Assembly: GCA_951406725.2 (NCBI GenBank)
Contig: OX597817.1
Coordinates: forward strand, 83,576,001 to 83,640,000
DNA length: 64,000 nucleotides
Source of the DNA: Octopus vulgaris
Lineage: Eukaryota
Direction of reading: 5' to 3'
Below are positions 40,354 to 53,699 of the stretch, piece after piece. The position numbers and the translations under genes are program-made. The notes under the pieces were generated by a model. It made no database searches. It was not told the origin of the DNA and was given only the letters and a program-made list of their open reading frames with translations. The stretch's first letter is position 1; every line of letters starts with the position of its first letter.

Positions 40354-40565
40354 TGTGTGTATGATTGTGTGTCTGTGTTTGACAATCGATGCTGGTGTGT
40401 TTACGTCCCCGTAACTTAGCGGTTCGGCAAAAGAAGACCAATAGAATAAGTACTAGACTTACAAAGAATAAGTCCTGGGGTCGATTTGCTCGACTAAAGG
40501 CGGTACTCCAGCATGACCGCAATCAAATGACTGAAACAAGTAAAAGAGTAAAAGAGTAAAAGAAT
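40129..40565 (+). mobile_element. Full-length CORE-type tRNA-SINE
   Basis: ggcgcaggagtggctgtatggtaag head, CORE gtggcaccttgga, internal (TG)n, (aaaagagt)n tail. Confidence 0.92.
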
Positions 40566-40732
40566 ATTTCATCATTTTCTATAAGCGCCAAGAAATTTGA
40601 TAAAAGTTAATTGATAATTATTGTACGTATGCCATATTTTCTGATATCCATGCTGGCTAACATATACTTCCAAAGTTAACCGTCATATGACGGACAAGAT
40701 ACTATTTTTGAAATAACAGTAAATACATATTG

Positions 40733-40869
40733 ATTTCAAATTTTGACACAAGTTCAGCAAGTTCAAGGGAGGGTCTAAGTCGATTACATCAGCGTTCAAC
40801 TGGTACTTATTCCATTGACCCTAAAATTATGAAAGGCAAAGTCGACCTCGGTGGAAATACTAGAACGTG
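40733..40869 (-). mobile_element. Meta-domain-type SINE fragment
   Basis: tgaaaggcaaagtcgacctcgg and actggtacttat match the 49292 copy. Confidence 0.7.
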
Positions 40870-41084
40870 AAATACTAGATACACATTCTCATCTTTCTCC
40901 ACACATTCTCATCTTTCTCCATTTGGGATACCATAATCAATAGTTATAAATATCAATGAATGGTTGTATAAGAAATCAAATTAATGTATGTACATTTTTA
41001 TTTGTTCATTTTCCTGTGGTCTCTTGTACTTGAGAATTTCTTCAAAGGTAATGCTTTGATCTTCTGCTGAGTTTAATAAGTTAT

Positions 41085-41720
41085 TTAACTCTTTAGCATT
41101 TAAAGTGGCCATATTCCGCCTTAATGCTCTAACTTTTTTTTGTTCAAAATGGCCAGATCCGGTTTCTCACACCGACCCTACAATGTCTTTTTCGAAATAA
41201 ATAATCATAGGCGCAGGAGTGGCTATGTGGTAAGTAGCTTGTTTGCCAACCACATGGTTCCCGGTTCAGTCCCACTGCGTGGCACCTTGGGCAAGTGTCT
41301 TCTACTATAGCTTCGGGCCGACCAAAGCCTCGTAAATGGATTTGGTAGACGGAAACTGAAAGAAGCCAGTCGTATATATGTATATATATATGCGTGTGTG
41401 TGTTTGTGTGTCTGTGTTTGTCCCCCTAGCATTGCTTGACAACCGATGCTGATGTGTTTATGTCCCCGTTACTTAGCGGTTCGGCAAAAGAGACCGATAG
41501 AATAAGTACAAGGCTTACAAAAGAATAAGTCCCGGGGTCGAGTTGCTCGACTAAAGGCGGTGCTCGAGCATGGCCGCAGTCAAATGACTGAAACAAGTAA
41601 AAGAGAAAAGAGAGTAAAAGAGTATATAATCGAAATCATTAAGCCACAAGATAATGCATTATTAACACAAAATAATGTGAATAAACAAGCATTACATTTG
41701 GCGAGTAATCTAAAGCTGCA
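41085..41720 (+). mobile_element. Possible TTAA-type MITE interrupted by a SINE
   Basis: Begins ttaactctttagcatttaaa and appears to resume after the SINE. The right end is decayed. Confidence 0.35.
41210..41624 (+). mobile_element. Full-length CORE-type tRNA-SINE
   Basis: Closely similar to the 40129 copy. Confidence 0.92.
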
Positions 41721-42194
41721 TTTCTTGCATTTGTATTCTACTTGTCTCTCATCACTTGAATCAGAAAATTTCTGTCAAGCTCTAAGCTGTCCTGCATTGA
41801 CAAGACTTTCTCTGATATATTGCATGGTGTATATGTCAACTAAACTCTTCCAATTATTATCACCCTATTCGTTGTTCCTATTATCCACGCTAAGCGCTCA
41901 CACAAAAACACATACATTCACACATGCACACGTTCCTGTATAAATGAGAACAATCTATTTTCTCTATAAATTGTCTCACAGTTGTCGTTCGCACACAAAC
42001 TAGATTCACATAAACTGCTTCAATGAACAAAAACCTTGCTGAACACGACATATGGCGAATAGGGGATCATATAATCCCCATTTATCAGTTACAAAACAGT
42101 CACAATACACATCAAGGTACAACAACTAGAAAACTCTACCCGCTCGACTTATTAAGCAACTTGTCGTTAAGCTTTCAAACTTTGTATCGTTTAT

Positions 42195-42440
42195 ATTTTA
42201 TACTTTATCTTTTACTTGTTTCTATCATAAGACGTGGCCATACTAGGGCTCCGTCTTCAAGAGTTTAGCCGAGTAAATTGACCAAAACTTTCTTTAAAAA
42301 GTTTCGAGCTTATGCTAGCGATATTTTTTGCTGAATCACTAGGTTACAGGGACATAAACAAATCAATACCGGCTGTCAATCAGTGGCATGGGGACAAACA
42401 CAAACAAAAAGACATACGCACACAGATGCACACACGCGTT
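42195..42440 (-). mobile_element. CORE-type SINE, 3' half, diverged
   Basis: ttttacttgtttc..gtggccatactagg..gggacataaacaaatcaataccggctgtcaa..gggacaaacaca. Confidence 0.65.
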
Positions 42441-42502
42441 CGAGTATATATATAGTTTTGGTCAGTTTTGGTCATATATGTATGTATGTATGTATGTATG
42501 CG

Positions 42503-42536
<34 letters not shown>

Positions 42537-42697
42537 TATATGTATGTATGTATGCGTATATATATATATATCAGAAATAATTGAGATCCAGTTGGATTAA
42601 GTACTTAAGTTGAAGCGCCAAGTCAGTCCGGTATTATCCGCACAGCTCGAAGTAAGTTGAATAAAATCAAAATAAGCAACAGGATATCAAGCAGTCA

Positions 42698-42783
42698 TGC
42701 AATACGACAGTTTCAAGCGGCTCCATTTAATTGAACAACGCCATCTTTACATCAATTTAAATGCAGTGTTATCATCAGCTGCA
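42698..42783 (-). ncRNA. Type I hammerhead ribozyme-like motif with intact core and long stem II
   Basis: Minus strand: UGCAG-CUGAUGA-long stem II (CAUUUA.AUUGA/UCAAU.UAAAUG)-GAAAC-UGUC-GUA-UUGCA. Confidence 0.75.
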
Positions 42784-43399
42784 CAAATAAATAAATAGAA
42801 TTTTAACTAGTTGGACACATTAATATAAATTTTCTCAAATACTTTAACAGAGCAAGAAGATGGAAAAAATTCATGTTGTCGCTATTGTAGCTAAGAATAG
42901 ACTACACTTCCAAGAATCGCATGAAGCCCAATGTAGTCATAGCCTGTAAAGGATTGTAATTCGTTTCTAATTCATTTATCTATTTATCAACTACTAAATC
43001 TAAGACTAGATGACTGTGTCTGTTTAGAATAAAGAGCATGAGTGAGTTGACAGCCCATAGCTAGATATGGTCGTAAATATTGTCATATGTATCCCTTGTC
43101 CTCAGGGAGGAAAGAAGACATAAGGAATAGTCAATTGGATATAGAGTAACTGTTTGTAAAAGGAGGCTGGGTAGGGAAAGACTCTAAATCATGATGTTAA
43201 TTACCAGTTAAAGGGGAAAGGCGCTAAGAAACCTAGGATATTAATACAGGGGAAATTTTATCATGGGCATTATGGGTGAATGTTTATAAAGAATATTGTT
43301 ATGTTGTATAAAAAGAAAATTTAGTGTGCGTGTATGCGTACGCGACTAGTTGCCATATTTCATTCCATAACGGCTACCATTGAAGAGTGTAGGGTTACA

Positions 43400-43484
<85 letters not shown>

Positions 43485-44031
43485 ATAAAATCATACATAT
43501 ATATAACATACATACATACATACATACATACATACATACATACATACATACATACATACATGCATACATACATACACATACACGTTGGGTTTCCACAGTT
43601 TCCGTCGACCAAATTCACTCACAAGGTGAGATCACATATTTTTCTTTCCTCTTCTTATGCATCTTACTCATGTGCCACTTATTAAACATTATCCCAGGCC
43701 TTCCTCTTCAGAAATTCTACTTTCCGGAAACCATTCTCTGCTCACGTTTTCTTTACATAAATCAACTAATTTAAAACGTCTACAAATGCTATGGACGCTG
43801 TTCTTTTTCTTCTTGAAACAATATAATGATAAAATAATGACATATGCACTTTATCCCACAAAATAATTACTCCAGATAAAAATAACAAATTAAAAAGACT
43901 ATCATCATGTCTTACATTTTTCTTTACGATCCTTTGAATGATTGCACACTAGTGAGTCTCCTTGACTTTCTCCACATCCAATGGAGAAAGTAAAAGAAGG
44001 CACTTATTGGTTGAACAGGATTTATGTCAGT

Positions 44032-44290
44032 ACAGGATGCAGCAGAAAAATCTCCTGTATTCCGCACATCCATTGGTGTGGTTCTAATAAAGTTAGGCAA
44101 GTGATAATGGTATCATTATGCAGCTAATCGTTTACTCCCCTTTGTTTTAGTTACCACTATGGATTGAACCACCGCATACCGTGCGTTTCTTGTTGAAATT
44201 TTTTATTAAAATGGTGTATCTGATGATTTTTGTGGCAACTTGTTAAAAATTTGTAAAAATACATCTGTGGAGGATACACCCAAGATGTTT
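44032..44290 (+). mobile_element. Tc1/mariner 5' remnant
   Basis: ta|caggatgcagcagaaaaa TIR-like start; MD*TTAYRAFLVEIF resembles a Tc1-like transposase N-terminus. Confidence 0.4.
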
Positions 44291-44619
44291 GAATAAATTG
44301 ACAAAAAGAATTGTTATTCCTTAATATTTGTATGTGTTGGTTAGTTTCTACTGATGAATGAAAATGAGGAAGCTAAATACAGTTTAACTTTAGGACGAAA
44401 TGTAGGCTAGTAAAGACCTTTAAGCTTGTATCTTATACACAAAATGAACAAACGTCACAGTATCATTATGGATTCATTATTCAAAGATTTATGATTTTTT
44501 TCAAATGATTAGCATTTTTTTTTGTGCAAATTTCACACGCCATCTGTAAAAATCGATAAAACAACATAAAATATGAAATATAACAAAATTGCCTTCTACA
44601 CTGAATTTATTATTTTCAG

Positions 44620-44657
44620 ATATCATGCATATGTGTCAAAGACGTTTGTTCCTTTAG
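44620..44657 (+). CDS. Candidate small internal exon of host gene
   Basis: ttattattttcag| 38 nt |gttaat; reads YHAYVSKTFVPL and is phase-compatible with the 47826 exon. Confidence 0.3.
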
Positions 44658-45915
44658 GTTAATCCTTTGTTCTGCTAAAGAACTGTTTTATAGACCTTGG
44701 ACTTTGAAGAAGTAACTACCACTCTAATTGAAAGAAATAGCTGTTCTTTGAATTAACATGAGTCATTTATTTTGTTCAATTCTATAGTTTTGTTTATTAA
44801 CGTGATTCAGCTTTACAAAAATTATTCCCATTTGCCCACTGGGTTTTCAAGTATAATTCTTTAGGGTTTGATTTTTCAAACCTAACATGGATTCTAATGA
44901 CATATTCTTCAAGAGTGTTGCTACTACTTGCCCGTGGATTCATTTAGCATGTATCATTATGTGGCATGCATTCTGTCCCTGCTCTCAGAAAAGAATTACC
45001 ATGATTACCAGGATTGCTGATACTCTGTACACATTTCAATCAAAGTATAACACTAAATCTACCGGAAAAATCTCCTTCCACTTTCCCGAAAATCTACTCT
45101 CAGATCTACTCTCGACTCCACTTATTACTTCCAAGCAAGATGAGAAAGACTGACCTTGTTCTACACCGCGTCACAATTTCTCACCTTTCACTCTAGCTCC
45201 GTTACTGTTTTCCTGGCTGCATTCACTTTGAAAGGTAACGTCTTTAAGTACATGTATAGATTCCACTCGTATCACGCTCTCATCTCACGCTTGGATATCA
45301 TAAAGGACTTTTTGTTACTCTGACTCAAAATCTCTCTTCGCCATTCCTTTTTCCAGCAGCTCCAACCGCCAACAACTCTTCAGCCATATCTGTTCCCGTA
45401 TTGAGGACATGAAGCTATTGTCTACGACGACTTATTTCACAGTGGTGGTGCAGATAGAGGAACCGAATTCCAGCTTTTACAACCAGTAATTTAACCATCA
45501 AAACGCATCCTGGCCGACAATCCAGGGTCTAGATCTCTTTCCCACTTATAAACCAAATCTCTGTTAAATCATTACAGACTCTGGATATATCTAAATGCCT
45601 AATGACTACATTGGCTGGTGTCATTCTAAATAGATATGTCTGGTAAAAGACATAGGGGAATCGAATGGAGTACTTTTGATCATAGATCTGCCTGAACAAA
45701 GTTGACATGGGCGAAGTAACAGCATAACTTACATAAAAACGCAATTAATTGATACTTGAAGCAACTCTAGAATCAAATTAACGTTCATATAATAATGGGG
45801 AAGTTTGCTGCAATATTTCACGATTCTAATACAACCAAATGAACGAACTAATAAAGTATTTAACTGCCGAATGCTCAAATGTCCAAGACCGGACGCTGAG
45901 TTGTGTCCTTGACAT

Positions 45916-46559
45916 TCTTCTTCTTCGTATTCCTTTTTGCTCCTTGTAGAGCACAGGACCTCAACAGATGTTTTCCACTTTTTGCGGTCATTGGTGTGTT
46001 TCTTGGCTGCTTCCTATGTCAGGCCGGTGGTCCTGAGCTCGTCCAGATTGCTCCACTTCTTTGTCTTCTTCGGGCGTCCTCACTTCCTTTTCCCCTGCGG
46101 GTTCCAGTCAAGTGCTTGTCGTGTCACATTTGAGGGTTCTTTCTGTAGTGTGTGTTCGATCCATCTCCATTTCCTTCGTCTAATCTGAGCATGTATGGGC
46201 TCCTGGTTGGCCCGTTCCCACAAGTCGATGTTTGGCACTCTGTCGAACCGCATCAGATGAAGGATCTGCCGGAGACATTTGTTGATGAAGGTTTGGATCT
46301 TCTTGTAGTTGCTGCAGGTGGCTCTCCATGTTTCAGAGCCATACAAAAGCACAGATTTTACGTTTGAACTAAATAAACTGATTTTAGTTCGAGTTGAGAT
46401 GGCAGTGGACTTCCATACCGGCCGAAGAAAAGCGAAGGCTTGCCAAGCCTTCTTGCCGTGATGTCCTCATCTGATCCACCTGATTTTCTGAACTTGCTGC
46501 CAAGATAGACAAACTCACTAACGTCCTCCACAGGTGCCCCTTCGATTGTAATTGGCTCT
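45916..46559 (-). mobile_element. RTE-clade LINE 3' fragment with 10-bp TSD
   Basis: LLYGSETW..QTFINKCLRQIL..RRRKWRWIEHTL..WNPQGKRK*GRP, (GAA)n tail. TSD tccttgacat at 45906-45915 and 46560-46569. Confidence 0.92.
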
Positions 46560-47408
46560 TCCTTGACATGTGCTCTTCATTTAACGCTGCTCTATATTAT
46601 TCAGCTGAAAATTACTACCAGGTGAATAATGGTGCAATACACACTTTCTCTTCCTCTCTCTCACTTTCTCTCACTCTCTCCTTTCCTCCCTTTCTCTCTC
46701 TCTCTCTCTCACACACTCTCTCTTTCTCTCCCTGTTCCCAACTGTCACATCGTGAATGTACCACTGGGTCAAAAAATCGAAGAATTGTGAGGTGGTCTCT
46801 GTTTATTTGCAACAACATAGTAATCTAAAGAAAATAATTACTGTAAGCATGGTACATGCTACCAAACCGTACTCGTTTGCGATTAACTGCTGGCTTTTTT
46901 CCCAGTGTATAAGGGGCGTACGTCATGCGAGTTAATTTCACCTGGAAATTGAAAACGAAGCTTATACCAACCATCTCTATTGATCTAATATTAAAAAGCA
47001 TCTCCTAATTAGTCCAGAGCAGAGATGTAATGACGAGTATCAAATATGTGTGTTACCGGAAAAGAAAAGTTTACAATGGCAGGTTTTGAGCTCAGAATGC
47101 ACATGGTTTCCGCTGGTTTTTATACTTTGTTTATCAGTACTTGAGACGTAAATTTACATTACTAAAATATACATTTTAGACCAATACCCAACTGTCTTAA
47201 TCAACATGTTGGCCTCCCCTGGATGAAAATGTAATCCTGTAAGGTTATATATATACATAATAGATATGTGTGTGTGCATGTGTGCATGTGCGTGTGTGTA
47301 AATCTTGTTTTATTTAATTAAATATGGAAAATTATGAGCTTTTTCCCGATTCATTGTTTTCACTCGACAGAACCAAGATCAAAACGCATCGAAATATTTA
47401 TTTATGTA

Positions 47409-47615
47409 AGGTGGCGAGTTAGTAGAATCGTTAGGACGCCGAGCAAAATGCTTACCGGCAATTCGTCCGTTTTTATATTCTGACCTCAAATTCAGAAGAG
47501 GTGGTTGCTTTTCATCCTTTCGGAGTCGTTAAAATAAATGCTAGTTAAGCACTGGGGTCAATGTAATTGACTTATCCCTCTTCCGAACTTGCTGGCTTTG
47601 CCAAAACTCGAAGTC
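47409..47615 (+). mobile_element. Meta-domain-type tRNA-SINE
   Basis: ggtggcgagttagtagaatcgttag head, tttcatcctttcggagtcg, cactggggtcaatgtaattgactt. Confidence 0.8.
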
Positions 47616-47825
47616 AGTATTATATCTCTTTATGTTCTGAGTTTAAGTCTCTGATTGAGATAGAATTTGCCTGTAATCCTTCCGTGGTGTTTAACACAAG
47701 CTCCATTCAATTATTCTTTTCCGTTTTTGTCGATTACTTCCTCACCTAAAATGTGAGAAATCGTTAAACTTATTATTCGGAAGTATTTCTTTTTGCTGTA
47801 TTATTTTTCCTTTCTTTATTTACAG

Positions 47826-48010
47826 AAACGATGTTTGAATTTCGATCACAAGGAATTGATGAATTGCTGGGCGTTTTACTAGCTCTGATAATCAGTGGCT
47901 GCGCCATTTTTGCAGCCTTATCCATCATCAACTTGAAACTTAAACGTTCCAATGAGAAATATATTGGACGAAGTATAAAATCATTATTTCAAGTGCAAAG
48001 GACTGTATGA
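47826..48010 (+). CDS. Probable terminal coding exon of a single-pass membrane protein
   Basis: Strong acceptor tttttcctttctttatttacag|. Phase-1 frame TMFEFRSQGIDELLGVLLALIISGCAIFAALSIINLKLKRSNEKYIGRSIKSLFQVQRTV*: hydrophobic helix, basic stop-transfer, T-x-V end. AATAAA at 48018 and 48137. Confidence 0.6.
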
Positions 48011-48511
48011 ACTTGTCAATAAACCATTGAACTGTTACATAAATACTATATATAACCTTGATCTAGTTATCACATTGTAATTAGAAAGCATTGAAAATGG
48101 CATTATAAAAAAGAATCGTGATGCAGTAGAATGAATAATAAAGTATATTTAAAGACTTTTTTTAAATCTTTGTGAATGTTTTGATGTTTTATTGCAATTG
48201 ATGTTATTGCTGTAATTGCTGCAGCTCCGGTTGCTGTTACTGCTGCTGCTGCTTGCGAACATAACTAAGTGCATCAATCAGAATCATTTACAGGTAAGGC
48301 TTAGAAGTTCGCTTTGCAATTACGTGATTCGATCGGCTGTAACTACTGTCTCGAGCTGCCCGATGTCATTTGAGAAGAATTGGACGACTGGGAACTATAA
48401 AAGACCGATAACATAAATTTGATTACAATTGAAGTACAACAGTTGCAATTAAATTTATATATACTTACCCCGCATTCACGACATTAACTTTTCAATAAAG
48501 ACTTGGATTTA

Positions 48512-48552
<41 letters not shown>

Positions 48553-48928
48553 CGGTGTGCGTGAGTGTGTGTGTGTGTGTGTGTATCGTGTGTGTGTGTG
48601 TGTGTGTGTGCGTGTGTGTGTGTGTGTCTGCGTGTGTGTGTGTGTGTGTTGAAACAAGGCTATTATTTTAAGCACATTTAAGAATAATAATGGAATACTT
48701 ACTTACTGGTGACTCTATACTGAGAATAGAGTCACATTTATTGTGAAGATCAAATTGACTGACATTTCCAGTTTCGTCTGGCGACTTGTTTATCATGGGG
48801 CTATTTTGCTCTTTAAGTCTTTTACGTATTTTAATGCTAACTATAAATGTTCTACCGCTAAGTTCAGTCTGGTTGAACAAGCCGATAGGATTAACTTGAA
48901 ATCCCACTCAACTTAATCTTCATGGTAT

Positions 48929-50056
48929 ACAGGGTGAGTGAAAAGCAAGTAGGCATTAAAATTGGTAATAAAATCCATGTTACTTTTACAAATTCATTGA
49001 AACAAATGATACATGTTCTTTATTACATGTGAAAATGAAAGTAAATCTTCGTATTTCAACGTTAGCACCGGTGGCGTCAATCAATTTCCTCAAATGGCCA
49101 GGGATGGAATAAACAACCCTCTGAAGGAAGTCGTCTGGGATATCAACGAAGACCTCTTGAATCTGTGCCTCCAAGTCCTCCAGTGTGTGAGGTTTTGTCT
49201 TTTACTCCTCCTCTTTTGTGTAGCCTCACAAGTAAAAATCACATGGAATGAAATCTGGACTTCTACGTTCACAGTCTTCGGGCTTTAAATCCTGCACGTA
49301 ATAGGGTTTCTTATTTCTTTATTGCCCACAAGGGGCTAAACGTAGAGGCAACAAACAAAGACAGACAAACGGATTAAGTCGATTATATCGACCCCAGTGC
49401 GTAACTGGTATTTAATTTATCGATTCTGAAAGGATGAAAGGCAAAGTTGACCTCGGCGAAATTTGAACTCAGAACGTAGCGGCAGACGAAATACAGATAA
49501 GCATTTCGCCCGGCGTGATAACGTTTCTGCCAGCTCGCCACCTTATAGGGTAATAGGGTTTCTACGGATGAAAATTCAATTCTTTATGCAACACAGTACG
49601 TATTGTGTATCTTGTTAGTCTACTTTCACGAGCTGTTCGAGGTGTTGAATTTTGCGGGCTGCGATTAAACATTTCCTGCACTGTTGCTACATTCTCCGCT
49701 GATCTGGATGTGGCCGCGTCTTGCATCGTCCACAGAGTCCGTGGTCATCAACTTTGCATGACAACGTTTTATTGTCTCCGGACATAGCGTTGCATGCTTA
49801 CCTTTCCATGCGCGCCATCATCTCTGAACCAAAACAATGGAATTCCACACTTCATAGCATGCTACTATATCAGCTCGCTCCTGAACAGTCAAGCGACCGG
49901 TCATCTGGAAAATAAGAAATAAGGAATAAGACAATAAGAAACTAAAAGAAATCCCCATTAGTGTTGTCTGTTTAAAACATGTTTTCATCATGACTTCAGT
50001 GATACTAAAATTTCTATAAACAATTTCTAATATCAAGTTACTTTCCATCCACCCTG
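48929..50056 (-). mobile_element. Internally deleted Tc1/mariner-superfamily (rosa-like) transposon
   Basis: TA-flanked TIRs cagggtgagtgaaaag / ctttccatccaccctg. N-terminus MTGRLTVQERADIVACYEVWNSIVLVQR; C-terminus CDFYL*GY..PHTLEDLEAQIQEVF..GANVE. Confidence 0.8.
49292..49544 (-). mobile_element. Full-length Meta-domain-type tRNA-SINE nested in the transposon, 14-bp TSD
   Basis: Head ggtggcgagctggcagaaacg, gagttcaaat B box, gcctttcatcctttc. TSD gtaatagggtttct at 49278-49291 and 49550-49563. Confidence 0.92.
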
Positions 50057-50360
50057 TATGTGAAGGATGCAGTTACGAAACGGTGTCTAAAAATATAGAT
50101 TTACGTATTTCAGCATATGCGGTTTTGCATTTTATATTTTACATTGGCATTTCTTAAGGTGTAGCAGTTAGACCCAAGTTTTTGCTCAAATTCCAGTTGG
50201 AACTGCTTCAATTAAGACCTTTTGGCAGGTGTAAGGAACATAATTTTTTTTCTCTCTTGGCTATTTTGTATATTTGCAATAATAATAATTATTATTGTTA
50301 TTATTATTATTATTATCATTATTATTATTATTAATATTATTATTATTATTATTATAACGA

Positions 50361-50425
<65 letters not shown>

Positions 50426-50450
50426 GAGGGGTGTGGAGAAAGAAGATACG

Positions 50451-50524
<74 letters not shown>

Positions 50525-50525
<1 letters not shown>

Positions 50526-50716
50526 GTGTGCGTGTGTGTCTATTTGTGTTTGTTCCCCACCCCCACTTAACAACCTTTGTTTATTTCCCCGTAGGTTAAC
50601 AGCCCAGCAAGTGAGACCAATAGAATAAGCACCAGGCTTTGAAAAGAATAAAGTACTGGGATCGATTCGTACGACTAAGATCCTACAAGGTAGTGCCCCA
50701 GAATGGCCACAGTCCA
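50525..50716 (+). mobile_element. CORE-type SINE, 3' half
   Basis: gagaccaatagaataagcaccaggctt..tggggatcgattcgtacgactaa..cagaatggccacagtc. Confidence 0.7.
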
Positions 50717-51989
50717 TTACCCTCTTTTTTAGTTCTTAGTAAACTTTTTCTAACTCCTTCTCTTACTCCGAAAGCAACTGTAGATGGCAGCACCAACAGT
50801 CGCCAGTCAAATTTGTCAACTCACAAAGTTTTCTTCTTTTTTATTTATTTACCCCGCTAATCTAATCTTATCTAATCTCTACACTAAATTGTCAAACCTC
50901 ACTAGCTATCTCTTTTTTTTTACCCGACTTCATATTTCGATACCCTGTATACTTTCTAGAATCACTTCCTAGTACCAAAAATTACACAGACTGTCTTAAC
51001 TCTAATATTATTAGAACACTAATTCAAAAATAAGTAATTAATAGTGCCATTTAATTATATCTATCTCAGTTAATTATATTTCTCTCGTCTCGAAGAATTC
51101 AACGTTCTATTGTATATTGTAAACATTTATTCCAAAAATTTAATCTTACCTTTCCCTTTTCATTTAATTATATTTTCTAAATTCGAGCAAAGTATTATTC
51201 ACCTCACAACCCAACCCTCATTTTAACTGTCCGTAACTTAATATTTTATTGAGCATGCGCAATCGTCAGAGCATCAAACAAAATGTCTTCCAACTCAACT
51301 TTCACTTTCTTATCTCCAACATTTTTATATTCTTTAACTTCCAGCGACCGCAACCGGAATACAGTTCACATTTTAGTTACACGTAGGATGGTGCAAGCAG
51401 TTATAAACAATCTCTTGTGTTTTGTTTTATTTACTACATTTTTCGCTTTGAGACATCCAAACCCTGAATTCGAAGCAAACGATATATAGGCAATAACACG
51501 AACGGCAATACACATACTATTCTAAATACTGGCGCTTTGTCGAACAACTTTATCGAAAAAAGGAAAAAAGAGTAAACAAAATGATGCTAATAGAAAAAAC
51601 ATCAAAAAAGAAAAAGATTATAAACATAAAGTAAGAGCGTTCAAATGGTACTGCATGTGAGTGGGGCGCATGCAGCCATTTCATTACCATCGATTTCATT
51701 GTACATTTTTCCATTTTTCATTCGTTGTATGTTTTTGTCCCCACTGTGGTGTTCAGCCTGTCCTTGTGCTATCCCTTCTGTGTCATAGCCTAGGTGCCAG
51801 ATAAAAAAATTACAGTCAGCGAGGCATTTTTTATTGCAGTGTGTTTTTCTTGGTTACGTTGAAGTGGCGATATTGTTAAAATTGTTAAATGTCTCCCCTC
51901 GTGGGTGTACCACGTTTTGTTTCTTGTTGAAATTGATGTTTGTACTAACGAGATTTTGTTGAATTGTGTTTTTTCTTCCCATTTATGGG

Positions 51990-53040
51990 AGAACCCGTGA
52001 AAAGAAGTGTAATCGAGACTGAACCAGCGAATAGTCACATCTATGCGGCTGCAACTGGCAAAGGAATAGAAGTAGCAGCTTTGGCGGTTAGAGAAGATAA
52101 ATTGAGCCGAAAAAGTTGAAAGAATGCAAAGAAAGGAAAGCCACAACCTTAAATTAACGTCTCCGCTCGAGTTAACAAATAGAGTGAAGAAACGAACAGT
52201 GATTTACAAAACACTGAAAGTATCTACATAGAAAATCAAAACTGCAACCATAGAAGAGATAGAGAAGTATCTAACGGAGGTTAAGAAGGTCACTACATTT
52301 ATAACAAGAGGAAGAAGATATGGCACAATGGAAGTGCGTTTCGCAAGCGAAGACGAAGCGATAAAACACTCCACTTATGCCATATAGACAGAAGAGTGGG
52401 TGTTCCTACCGACATACTGTGGCAAGCGACTTGTCAGAGTAAGGGTGGGAAAAGTATCACCAGAGTTGAAGGAAATATAGCTGGTTGCTGCAGTCATGTA
52501 CAATATGGAGGAGGATGCGAAGATCCTGAGAATAAAAAGAATGAAAATAGTTAACTGGTGGAGTTACGGAATTGAGATGGCAGTTCAGACAACTGTGAGT
52601 GACATGAATAAGATTCCAGAAGAAATTTATATTACCCGAAGATATGAGATTGAGAGTGGTGGTGGAGGGAAGGCTTCCCATATGCTACTTGTGTGGCGAG
52701 AAAGGACACATGAAGGCGAAGTGCCCCCATAGAGAAGAGAAAGAACAACAAATGGAACGGTGAGGAGCAGAAGTTGAACGATGTGGTACAGGAGGATGAC
52801 AGGAGGAGACAACAGGAATAGAGGAGGAATTTGAAGCGATTAAAAAAAGAAAGAGAAAGAGCTCTCCGCCGGAGAGGCAGAAAAAAAGAAGAAGCAGATA
52901 AGGAGATTGAGGGAAAAGTCGTAAAGAATGTTCAAAAAGAGATCGAGAAAGAGGTAGAAAAGGAAGTTGAGAAGGAGGTGGTGGTGGTGGAGGAAGAGGA
53001 GAAGGAGGAGGAGGAGGAGGAGGAGGAGGGGGAGGAGTAG
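51990..53040 (+). pseudogene. Decayed gag-like ORF1 with CCHC zinc knuckle (probably non-LTR element)
   Basis: IYAAATG..FITRGRRYGTMEVRF..FLPTYCGKR..LVAAV..VNWWSYGIE..VVVEGRLPICYLCGEKGHMKAKCP, then an E/K-rich tail. Several stops. Confidence 0.7.
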
Positions 53041-53102
53041 GAAACAAGCATAGTGACATATGCTAAAGCGTAAATACAGAAAGAATGATAACGCAACTGA
53101 AA

Positions 53103-53487
53103 TCTCTCTCTATATAAACGGCAGTTTGTCTGTGTGTGTTTCTGTGTGTCTGTTTGGTTGTACCCTCACCCTGACCACGGCTTTCAACTGATTCTGATGA
53201 AACTTGACACACACATAGCCCAATGTCATAATTCAAAACTAACGCAGCGAAAATTTTGAAAAGTTCCCCCAGTTCTGAAAATAATCGATAAATTCGACAT
53301 GGGGTCGAGAATCAGAAACACAAACCACAGACTGTTTAGGGGACGCAACTCGACCTTTTTTAACTTTCAAAAAAAATTTACCATCATTTTTTTTCCATTT
53401 TTTTGCTATTTTTTGGCTATAACTCTCTAAAAATGCTTTATAGTTATTTCCCTTACAAACCTGAGCAATTCCGGGCGATACTGCTAG
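53103..53487 (+). mobile_element. Complete short non-autonomous Helitron
   Basis: A|TCTCTCTCTATATAAA start, ctgt/gt tract, imperfect GC hairpin cctgagcaattccggg, CTAG|T end. Confidence 0.88.
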
Positions 53488-53699
53488 TCAGTTATAAGGG
53501 TTAAGTTGCCCGAGGAGATGTACAGTGATACAGTGAAAGCGATTTTAATTGACAAAGGAATGTTGAACCACCGAGATTCGTGGTGGAGTTCGATGAACTA
53601 CCGCAAGTAGTAGAAGTAAGTGAAATAAGCCATACATATGAGTAAATTGTTGTTTAAGAAAAGGAAAAAAAGGAAAAAATAGTAAACAAAATGCATCCT

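Noticed and set aside
48216-48298. Leu-rich signal-peptide-like ORF with a CAG|gtaagg donor
   Set aside because: Derived from a degenerate (TGC/TGT)n repeat, with no in-frame ATG.
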